A stretch of DNA of 64,000 nt from a virus. Positions 27,217-34,925 of this stretch are shown here, in pieces. The stretch lies in the IMG/VR virus record IMGVR_UViG_3300020404_000006; one strand, given 5' to 3'. Below the pieces are notes generated by a model that did not search any database, had not been told where the DNA came from, and saw only the letters and a list, made by a program, of their open reading frames with translations. Position 1 is the stretch's first letter; every line of letters starts with the position of its first letter. A program made the position numbers and the translations under genes.

Positions 27217-27631
27217 TGTCTTCTACCTTCAAAACTAACTCAAACTCTTTTAATATATCAGCTTCTGGATCTTGATCTCTAATGTTACAGTATTCCAACC
27301 ACCTAAGAGCAGTCTTCTCTGGATCTTTCAATCCCTTTCCACATAAAATAGTATAAGGTCGATCCTCTAAACTGTTAAATTTTGCTACCAAGTATTCTGA
27401 ATAATTTCCAATCAAGTAACAGAGTTCATCTCTGTCAACATCAACTTTGTACATCTGAAATTCATTACCATAAACAGAGTGAAACAACCCTGCCTTCACC
27501 TCATCTTCTGGTCTTCCATAAGAATACAACATACCAGCTACTCTCATGCAATGTGATAAGAGATCGCCTTCCAAATGAGGTATGTGATCTACCCCAAGTT
27601 TGACCATGTAGTTTATATATTCATCCATCAT
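27197..27631 (-). CDS. DUF6817/HD-like domain protein
   Basis: PH..DLLSH....AGLFHSVYG.E. Confidence 0.65.
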   Translation of the reverse strand: MMDEYINYMVKLGVDHIPHLEGDLLSHCMRVAGMLYSYGRPEDEVKAGLFHSVYGNEFQMYKVDVDRDELCYLIGNYSEYLVAKFNSLEDRPYTILCGKGLKDPEKTALRWLEYCNIRDQDPEADILKEFELVLKVEDNVESEM

Positions 27632-28209
27632 CCTGACATATTAATAGTTAATGACAATCTAGGTTCTGGGTTGGCTATGACAGAGTGCATAGTTCCCTCT
27701 GGTATGATAAGAACACCTGATGGATCTGCTTCTTTAGTCTGTCCATTGATACTCCATGTGCAAGTGCCATAGATTGGTTTTACTATGACATGGTAGTCAT
27801 GATTGTGTGGATCAAAACTTGCTCTATTGAAAACAGTTCCAGCACTCAAGTACATATTAGCATTAGTTTCTGATCCCTTGTATTCAAATAATTTTTGATC
27901 AAGAGATCTAAGATCTGATGTCAGATCCATGACGTTACTTAAGAGACTAGTGAACCCCAGATCAAATAACCTCTTCCATTTATCATAGATTATGTAACCT
28001 CTAGAATCAAAGAATCCATTAGATTTTTTCTGGCACTGATTGATGACCTCAAGAGATGGTTCTGGCCATCTATATTTTATTTGAAGCAGATCAAGAATAC
28101 CTTCTTCATCTAAATTTATTTCATGTGATTGTATAATATCTGCCGCCTCTTGAAGATACGGCATAGGATCGGGAACAGGTGGTCTCTGCCACTGTTGATA
28201 ACTATTCAA
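27628..28209 (-). CDS. JmjC/cupin-like oxygenase
   Basis: N.YLS, PHNHDYHV, IIPEGTMH.V, SLT. Confidence 0.7.
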   Translation of the reverse strand: MNSYQQWQRPPVPDPMPYLQEAADIIQSHEINLDEEGILDLLQIKYRWPEPSLEVINQCQKKSNGFFDSRGYIIYDKWKRLFDLGFTSLLSNVMDLTSDLRSLDQKLFEYKGSETNANMYLSAGTVFNRASFDPHNHDYHVIVKPIYGTCTWSINGQTKEADPSGVLIIPEGTMHSVIANPEPRLSLTINMSG

Positions 28210-28369
28210 TATCCTCTCTCCATTCTTCGTAGAAAGCTACCGCTTCCTCATAGGCACCTTGATCGTACAGGTCATGAATCCTGTCGATGATATAATCTTG
28301 TGTAAGTTTCTCCTCTTCATAATCTTGAGTGAATTGGAAGAGATCGGATTGAAATGAGGGGTCAAGCAT
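28202..28369 (-). CDS. small acidic hypothetical protein (55 aa)
   Basis: manual translation MLDPSFQSD... Confidence 0.5.
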   Translation of the reverse strand: MLDPSFQSDLFQFTQDYEEEKLTQDYIIDRIHDLYDQGAYEEAVAFYEEWREDIE

Positions 28370-28799
28370 CGAAATAGTCCTTTCGGTAGTAACGTCCTAG
28401 AACATTAGAATTATAGTAGGCAGGCTCTCCATTGTCAAGAGCCTCAGTCAACACGTTATTTAGAAAGAGTTGTCTGGTCTCCTCATAATTTGTTCTTCCG
28501 AGGGTTCTATGAAGGGATATGATCTCTCTTGAAAAATTTGTCTTTCCATATTCGGATACGTCGGCTTTGAGCTCGGGGGATGATCCATAATATTTCTTCC
28601 AGTCTGACTCAGAGGTAACTCGTCTCTTACCTCCCTTAGGCTTTCGTTTCTGTACGAAATATTTTCTACCGATGTACTTCTTGCCTGTTGTCTTATTAGT
28701 AATGAGGTAGACGTAACCGAAGAAATCGCCAATGTCGTCAGAAGTAAAAGGTTTACCCTCATATAGCCAGGGGTTTTCGTAAACTCCTCCTTCAACCAT
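28362..28799 (-). CDS. GIY-YIG nuclease (short, free-standing)
   Basis: GYVYLITN....KYIG, YYGSS, E..NYEE, YYN. Confidence 0.8.
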   Translation of the reverse strand: MVEGGVYENPWLYEGKPFTSDDIGDFFGYVYLITNKTTGKKYIGRKYFVQKRKPKGGKRRVTSESDWKKYYGSSPELKADVSEYGKTNFSREIISLHRTLGRTNYEETRQLFLNNVLTEALDNGEPAYYNSNVLGRYYRKDYFDA

Positions 28800-28934
28800 T
28801 TCATCATTTTCATATCTTCACACTATGTATATGAGGTCTCTGATCCTGTTGTACCCACCAGTGCATCGAGCAAACATACAACGTTTGGAATAACACTAGG
28901 GATAATATAATTACTACGTTCGACCATTGAATTG

Positions 28935-29627
28935 TCATTTGAGTTTGCTCCATGTATCTTCCCAACCTTTCACTTCAATAACCTGACCCAATCTATTTCC
29001 AATGATCTTATCTGCCAGTGGTCTATCATTACCGTGTTCATCCATTCTATCACCAAAGAATGCTACATCACCATCCATGAAGTCTCTAACAATTTGACTC
29101 TTATCACTTCCCTTACTTGAAATATCCACACCTGTTTGTCCACCAACAAAAGCATAGAGTTCTGGGAACTGTTTGTTAAATCTATTTGCTATCTCTACTC
29201 TTTCTTTCTTTATATCATCCCAATCACAATACACCTGTCTCTCTACCAGAGTCGCACCTCTACCTACGATACTAAAATTGACACATCCAGGCCTCTCCTC
29301 AATGTGTGTTCCAGTTCTTACTGGAAATGTACTATTGTGTAGTTCCTCTGTGAGAAACTCTCTTGCTTCTTCGGGAAGTTCCCACGGATTTGTATATACT
29401 CTAATATCACCTTCGTACACATCATTGCCAGCACAATTATACACCCTCTTACAATTACAGTAGAGAAGGTGCGTAATTTGTTCTATAGTTTTCTCTCTAT
29501 TACTTCCTGTGACGAGATATACTTCGTTCGCTAGAACAAAACTATTGAAGAATATCAGAAAATCAGGATCAATTTTTTGTCGGCTGGGAGTAAGAGTCCC
29601 ATCGACATCAAAAATGTATTTTGTCAC
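28935..29627 (-). CDS. phosphomannomutase, HAD family (eukaryote PMM-type)
   Basis: FDVDGTLTPSRQ, VTGS, R....NFSIVGR, GG...DI....DK, FFGD. Confidence 0.8.
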   Translation of the reverse strand: MTKYIFDVDGTLTPSRQKIDPDFLIFFNSFVLANEVYLVTGSNREKTIEQITHLLYCNCKRVYNCAGNDVYEGDIRVYTNPWELPEEAREFLTEELHNSTFPVRTGTHIEERPGCVNFSIVGRGATLVERQVYCDWDDIKKERVEIANRFNKQFPELYAFVGGQTGVDISSKGSDKSQIVRDFMDGDVAFFGDRMDEHGNDRPLADKIIGNRLGQVIEVKGWEDTWSKLK

Positions 29628-29675
29628 GAATTACAAAAGGTTACATACACTAGTATAACCTATTTCCTCAGTTTG

Positions 29676-32600
29676 TCAAGCATCTCCTCCGTTGGATCCA
29701 CCATTGCCACCATGAGACCCGCCATTGCCATTACCATTACCATTACCGCCATTGCTACCATTACCGTTCTTTCCTTTAGTTTCTTCTGATTCGTTTTCTG
29801 GTTTTAACATTCCACCATATCCTACACGATATCCTTTAGGAATGGGACGACATTTCTTCATATCATTACAATAGTATTCACCTTCACCACACTTTTTCTT
29901 TCCCTCACTGATGCCTGCTTTCCTTAATCTACTTGCCTGACTAGAGTGCATCTTTACTGCAGCATCTAATTCTTTGGCAATCTTTTTAACACCTTTAGGA
30001 ACTTCTTTTGTTTCAATTACAGGAGTATACTCATCCTTTAAATGATCTGGAATGATGTCAGACACATATCTTTGATGCTCTTTTCTCTGTAAGAGTCTCC
30101 TCCCTCTAGCACCAGCATCCATAGCTTTCATAGGCTGTTTCAATACTGCCTTTTTTCTTTTGACTGCCGCCACCATACCACCAAGTTTCTCAGAAATCAA
30201 CTCACCTGTCTCTGGTTCGTAACCACAGTTCCATGCTCTGAGAGACTTATTGATTCTAGAATCAGGATCTCTTGCAGTCTTAGCTGAGGTAAGTTTCTTT
30301 TTCATACCTTTCATTCTTGCACAGAATGATGCTCTTCTCTTGTTACCTTTCTTTTTACTAGGTGCTTTTAGATCTGAGCCTGGGTTCTCACGTTCGTAAG
30401 ACTTACGACCCTTCTCATTCAAACCACCTGACGAGTTCTTACCAGCCTTTCTTGTCCATGCTGCAGCCTCTGTCATAGAAGTATCAGGAGTGTAGTCTGC
30501 TGCAAGATTTCTATAGTCTGGTTCACCCTTCTTTACTGTTCCCTTTTTCTTTGCCATGTTGGCAGGGTCTTTTGGTTCTTCTTTTGGTTTGCTCCTTGTA
30601 GGATCAATAGAACCCTCAGTAAATTTTACAGGACTTGAGACAGTTCCCTTTCCATCAACGTATCTTGTGACTCTAGGGTTCTTTTCATCATCATTTCTAA
30701 AATCCTTATGTGTCTTCTTCCATTTTTTCCTTGACATCTCAACAGTTTCTTTCAACTTTTTCTTTCTAGACACCATCATATCTTGCAATCTATTTTTCTT
30801 AGAGATTGCAATAGCAGCCTGTTGTGCTGGATTTTTTGCCTCATCCATCGTATTCTTTCTCACATACTCTTTTCCACCAGCCCCTATGTCAGTAACCTTG
30901 ACTCCAATTTTTTTATCAGGATTCAGTTTCACCTTGACTACAGGTTTTTTTGCCTCACCCATCATTTTAGGACCGCCTGCTTTCTTCTCTGCAACTTTCT
31001 TCTCATTAGAATTCTCATTGCCTATGGCAAGATTCCTCATCTTCTGTTTCTTCTGTGCATCCTTATGCTTCTTAGGATCAATCTCAAAGCTATCGTTAAT
31101 CTGAGTAGTAGGATTTAGATTTTCTTTCTTCGCTTTATCTTGTCTCCTCTTCTTTTCTTTCTGTATTCTCTTCAACATAAACTTATTAGATGGCATACTC
31201 TGATCCATCTTACTAAACTTATCGTGAAGTCTATCTAAGTTGATGTCAGTCTGTCTGTGCATCTTAGCATCTTCTAAGATAGCAGCGAATTGTTCTTTTG
31301 TGAGTTTGCCAGTTTTCACGATCTTGTTACCTACAGGATACTTAAGGTCTTTTTTCTTTTCTGGATAATATTTATCAGTAAACCTAGATCTGTTACCAGA
31401 TTCTACTTGTTTCTTTGCAGTTTTCTTTTCCACTCTGATCTTAGCAGCGTCTTTGTAAGACATATCAGGATGGTCTTCGTGTTTGTCAGGATGATTAGGA
31501 TGATCCTTAGATACCTTCTCTTCGTTCACCTTTTTCTTTTTATCCGTACTAACATATGTAGGTTTTGCAGCACCTGACTTTGATTGTTGGCCTGGATCTG
31601 CTGCCTTCTTTCTTCTTGCCGCAGACTTTCTTTCTGCCTTGGTCATACTCGCACGTTTAGATGATGACACACACTTGGGAGTACCCTCGCCTGGTTCGTC
31701 ACTAGCACAGGTTCCACCTGTAACTACGTTGACCCAACCACCTTTACCATCTTTTGATTTAGATTTACCAAACCAATCACGGAGGCCTTCTTCTGTGGTT
31801 AGTGTTCTAGATCTTTTTGGGAGGGAAGATTTAATATTTTTACCAGCACCCTTTATAGGTTTAGTGACTGTCCCTAGTGCCTTGTCCACAGTTCTTCCAA
31901 CCATTCTACCTTTTAGTCCAGCGAGTTCGCCACCAGCGATTGATCCTAAAACTCCTCCAGCTAATCCCCCTGCAGCAGTGCCTGCGAGAGGCACTGCACT
32001 ACCAGCAGCTCCCATGGCAGCAGCACCACCTATACCACCAGCTATACTTCCAGCAGTACCAGCCACGGCACCACCAATCTTTTCAAATGTTCCTTTTTTA
32101 CCTTCATCTACTTTTTCTTGTTCTTTTTTTGATTTTAAATTTGATTTTAAAATTGCTGCTCCAAGTTCAACTATTGGATCCTTCTTCTTTTGATATCTTT
32201 TATCTAATTCATCAATATTTGGACCTCTTCTGTTAGGCATCACACCTAAATTCTCCTTTACTGGTGTCTTAGGAATCATGACAGGTTCAAACATCTTCTT
32301 CTTAGCCCAATCATCTGGAATCATGAGATGTTTTGCTTTAAATTGCATGTGCAAGAGAGTGGTATCGATGCCATTTCGTGAAGCAATTCTCTTCATCAGG
32401 TCATCAACTTCACCGTAGGATGGATAGTCTAATTTTACTAGACCATCTTCCAATTCTTTAACAGCGACTGACTCATTCATCTTTTTCTGTTGGGATTTTT
32501 TCTTGAGGAGGGTTTCTAAAGTGTTTGGGTCTTTAGGATCCTGTAGATCTTTGTATCTAGCAAAGAGACTCTTATCTTTTTTCTCTCCCTTGTACCCTTC

Positions 32601-32789
32601 AGGAAGAGATTTTTTCTTTTCAGGTAATCCTTTGTGTTTAGTAGATGCAAATTTCTTTACATCTCCTTTCTTCATGCTGGTAGCAGCTCTTTGAACCTCA
32701 GGCGACGTTTTCCCTGTCGGGAGAGTGCCTTTTTGATACGCTCTAACAATTCCAAAGAACCTTTGTTGCTTTTTCGAGACTGATGGCAT
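29676..32789 (-). CDS. giant Lys-rich modular protein, putative internal head polyprotein
   Basis: 1037 aa; discrete modules separated by [LIVMF]xE; glycine zipper; C-terminal GN repeat. Confidence 0.6.
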   Translation of the reverse strand: MPSVSKKQQRFFGIVRAYQKGTLPTGKTSPEVQRAATSMKKGDVKKFASTKHKGLPEKKKSLPEGYKGEKKDKSLFARYKDLQDPKDPNTLETLLKKKSQQKKMNESVAVKELEDGLVKLDYPSYGEVDDLMKRIASRNGIDTTLLHMQFKAKHLMIPDDWAKKKMFEPVMIPKTPVKENLGVMPNRRGPNIDELDKRYQKKKDPIVELGAAILKSNLKSKKEQEKVDEGKKGTFEKIGGAVAGTAGSIAGGIGGAAAMGAAGSAVPLAGTAAGGLAGGVLGSIAGGELAGLKGRMVGRTVDKALGTVTKPIKGAGKNIKSSLPKRSRTLTTEEGLRDWFGKSKSKDGKGGWVNVVTGGTCASDEPGEGTPKCVSSSKRASMTKAERKSAARRKKAADPGQQSKSGAAKPTYVSTDKKKKVNEEKVSKDHPNHPDKHEDHPDMSYKDAAKIRVEKKTAKKQVESGNRSRFTDKYYPEKKKDLKYPVGNKIVKTGKLTKEQFAAILEDAKMHRQTDINLDRLHDKFSKMDQSMPSNKFMLKRIQKEKKRRQDKAKKENLNPTTQINDSFEIDPKKHKDAQKKQKMRNLAIGNENSNEKKVAEKKAGGPKMMGEAKKPVVKVKLNPDKKIGVKVTDIGAGGKEYVRKNTMDEAKNPAQQAAIAISKKNRLQDMMVSRKKKLKETVEMSRKKWKKTHKDFRNDDEKNPRVTRYVDGKGTVSSPVKFTEGSIDPTRSKPKEEPKDPANMAKKKGTVKKGEPDYRNLAADYTPDTSMTEAAAWTRKAGKNSSGGLNEKGRKSYERENPGSDLKAPSKKKGNKRRASFCARMKGMKKKLTSAKTARDPDSRINKSLRAWNCGYEPETGELISEKLGGMVAAVKRKKAVLKQPMKAMDAGARGRRLLQRKEHQRYVSDIIPDHLKDEYTPVIETKEVPKGVKKIAKELDAAVKMHSSQASRLRKAGISEGKKKCGEGEYYCNDMKKCRPIPKGYRVGYGGMLKPENESEETKGKNGNGSNGGNGNGNGNGGSHGGNGGSNGGDA

Positions 32790-32790
32790 G

Positions 32791-33156
32791 TCATGTACCT
32801 AATCCTTTTCCTGATTTCATGTTTTCTTTACTACCGTATCTAGCTCTTGTTTCTACATACCCTTTTGTATCATCACCGTAACCCATCTCTTTGGCATCTT
32901 TCTTAAGTTGTTGGTTTGCCTTATGTTGTTTGAGATACTTACCTTCACCATCAGTCTTCTGACCTTTGACTTTCTTCTGTTGATTACTACCACTTCTCAT
33001 GATAGCACCCTTACCATACTGTGCTGTAATGGATTTCTTTACTGCATCTAGTACAGAGTCCTTAGATTTAGATGATGGTTTCTTAGTTCCACCTTTATCA
33101 TATCCCATCTCTTTTTTGAGACGAGTGGCCTCTTGGAAGTCTTGAAAATTCTTCAT
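32791..33156 (-). CDS. putative internal head protein
   Basis: N-terminus MKNFQDFQEA resembles T4 capsid-targeting sequence MKTYQEFIAE; very basic. Confidence 0.6.
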   Translation of the reverse strand: MKNFQDFQEATRLKKEMGYDKGGTKKPSSKSKDSVLDAVKKSITAQYGKGAIMRSGSNQQKKVKGQKTDGEGKYLKQHKANQQLKKDAKEMGYGDDTKGYVETRARYGSKENMKSGKGLGT

Positions 33157-34844
33157 TTCTTTTTACCCAAGTCTTTGATAGATCCTTTGCCTTGTACTAT
33201 TTTAGATTGATACCTACCCATCTCTGGATCTTCATAACCTTTACGATAGTTTTGAGGTGTACCTCTACCAGTTTTGTTTCTGTTTGGTTTGTCACTAGGA
33301 ATAGACTTTCTTATCATCTTTTCGTAGGATCTGTTTGTCTTTCCTCCTGTCTTTCTCATCTTAAACATTGATTCATCATTACTTCTACCCAACTTATCTG
33401 CAACTTTCTTACTTATACCTCTGTCTTCATTACCTTCACCAGCACCAGCATTGTAAGCAGTCATTCTATTCTCATCGAGTGAGGATAGTTCATCTCTCCA
33501 ATTAGAGAAACTACTCATTTGAATTTGTGCTACCTTTTGTTGTAACTTTGTATCTTGTTTGTTGTCTTTTTTGATTAACTTGTTAACCAATGCTCTTTTT
33601 GCGAGTTGTGTTTGTTTCGCTTTTTGTAGTGCCTGTCTTTGATTTGATTGACTGATTGGGTTAGCCATAGCCATTTCATTGACATTGGTATCATCCTGTG
33701 GTATCTTTTTTCTTACCTTCTCACCACCTTTTCTTACAGCAGCGGCAGCAGCTTCTCCAGCAGCATTTATTGCTTGGTTCTTCAGTTCCTGCCCACCGTG
33801 TTTGATAGCGCCTTGGACTATCTTACCACCTGTCTTTCCACCTACCTTGATCCCTGTTCTTACAGCAGCTTTACCTAGTCCTGATACTACTGCACCAAGG
33901 CCTTCATCAACAAACTCTTCATTTTTCATTGATTCTTTCTTCTCTGCTTCTTTCTTCTTCAGTGCTACCTTACGGAATGTTAGATCAGTGCGACTGCCGC
34001 TGTCCATTCTACCCTGTGCTTCTGGTTTCTTAGAACCACCAGCAGGTTGAGGACCAGCACCACCATCACTCACTCTTCTACCATGAGTGTACTTAGCACC
34101 ACTCATCTTAGAATCACCAGAGATCATCTTACCAGCATTAGATCTGCTGTCCTGATACTGCTTCTCAGTCTGTCCGTGCTTTCCTTGATAGATTTCATCA
34201 ATACTATAATCAACTTCTTCTTTCTTAGAACTGTTACCCCAGTTCTTTGCACCCTTCTTTCTGCACTTGGATAATGCTCCAGACGCATATGCACTTGGCC
34301 ATACATCATAACGTGCTTTTACCTTATGATAACAGGCATCCTTTGTACCACTACCCTTACCTTTCTTATCTTTAACTTCGTTTAATTCTTCTGACTCTTC
34401 TTCTAGAAGAGCCTCCATAACCATATCACTAGCACCCCAAAGATCATTCTCATTGATAAATGCTTCTACTAATTCTTCATCAGTCCATCTGTCTATATCA
34501 TATCCTTCTTCTGCAAGACCTGTTAACCAAGTATCGAATGTCTCTCTGTAATCTTCTTTCTCTAGAAGTTTAAGTGTCTCCCACTCGGCTCTATACTTAC
34601 CTTCCTTCTTCAATTTCTTTTGTTGCCAAGAGTCTAAAGCGTCAACAGGACGACCTCCTTTTGACATCACATCTTTTTTATGTGCTTGAAACTCAGCAGC
34701 TGACTTTGCTCTGTCTGCATCTCTTTGTTTGTTCTTAGCAGCCAGTGCCTCGTTCTTTTTCTTTATATTATCCTCATTCTTTTGTAGATTAGGATGTAAA
34801 GGCGCTTCATAAATTGCAGAATAGGCTTCAGAAAGTTTGTCCAT
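33153..34844 (-). CDS. modular putative internal head polyprotein
   Basis: KDACYHKVKARYDVWPSAYASGAL..CRK module; many xxE junctions; start MDKLSEAY. Confidence 0.6.
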   Translation of the reverse strand: MDKLSEAYSAIYEAPLHPNLQKNEDNIKKKNEALAAKNKQRDADRAKSAAEFQAHKKDVMSKGGRPVDALDSWQQKKLKKEGKYRAEWETLKLLEKEDYRETFDTWLTGLAEEGYDIDRWTDEELVEAFINENDLWGASDMVMEALLEEESEELNEVKDKKGKGSGTKDACYHKVKARYDVWPSAYASGALSKCRKKGAKNWGNSSKKEEVDYSIDEIYQGKHGQTEKQYQDSRSNAGKMISGDSKMSGAKYTHGRRVSDGGAGPQPAGGSKKPEAQGRMDSGSRTDLTFRKVALKKKEAEKKESMKNEEFVDEGLGAVVSGLGKAAVRTGIKVGGKTGGKIVQGAIKHGGQELKNQAINAAGEAAAAAVRKGGEKVRKKIPQDDTNVNEMAMANPISQSNQRQALQKAKQTQLAKRALVNKLIKKDNKQDTKLQQKVAQIQMSSFSNWRDELSSLDENRMTAYNAGAGEGNEDRGISKKVADKLGRSNDESMFKMRKTGGKTNRSYEKMIRKSIPSDKPNRNKTGRGTPQNYRKGYEDPEMGRYQSKIVQGKGSIKDLGKKK

Positions 34845-34875
34845 TTTGAAAGGATACAGTATAGCTATCATAACG

Positions 34876-34896
34876 TATTTATTATATCAATAAATA
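34876..34896. promoter_or_regulatory. back-to-back T4-type late promoters
   Basis: TAAATA on minus (34876-34881) and plus (34891-34896) at the strand switch. Confidence 0.65.
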
Positions 34897-34925
34897 GAAG
34901 ACAGGGACTCTATAATTTTAGCTAA

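Noticed and set aside
28362-28799. GIY-YIG gene as an active mobile element
   Set aside because: Catalytic domain only, no DNA-binding tail, no intron or repeats; more likely a resident nuclease.
9538-29770. Short tandem repeats (TCA/TCG at ~9540; CCATTA/CCGCCA at ~29720)
   Set aside because: Explained by poly-Asp and Gly-Asn coding tracts.
30556-33878. Long plus-strand ORFs opposite the Lys-rich genes (e.g. 30556..31104, 31639..32193)
   Set aside because: Antisense shadows of low-complexity coding sequence (Phe/Leu/Ser-rich), no SD or promoter support.
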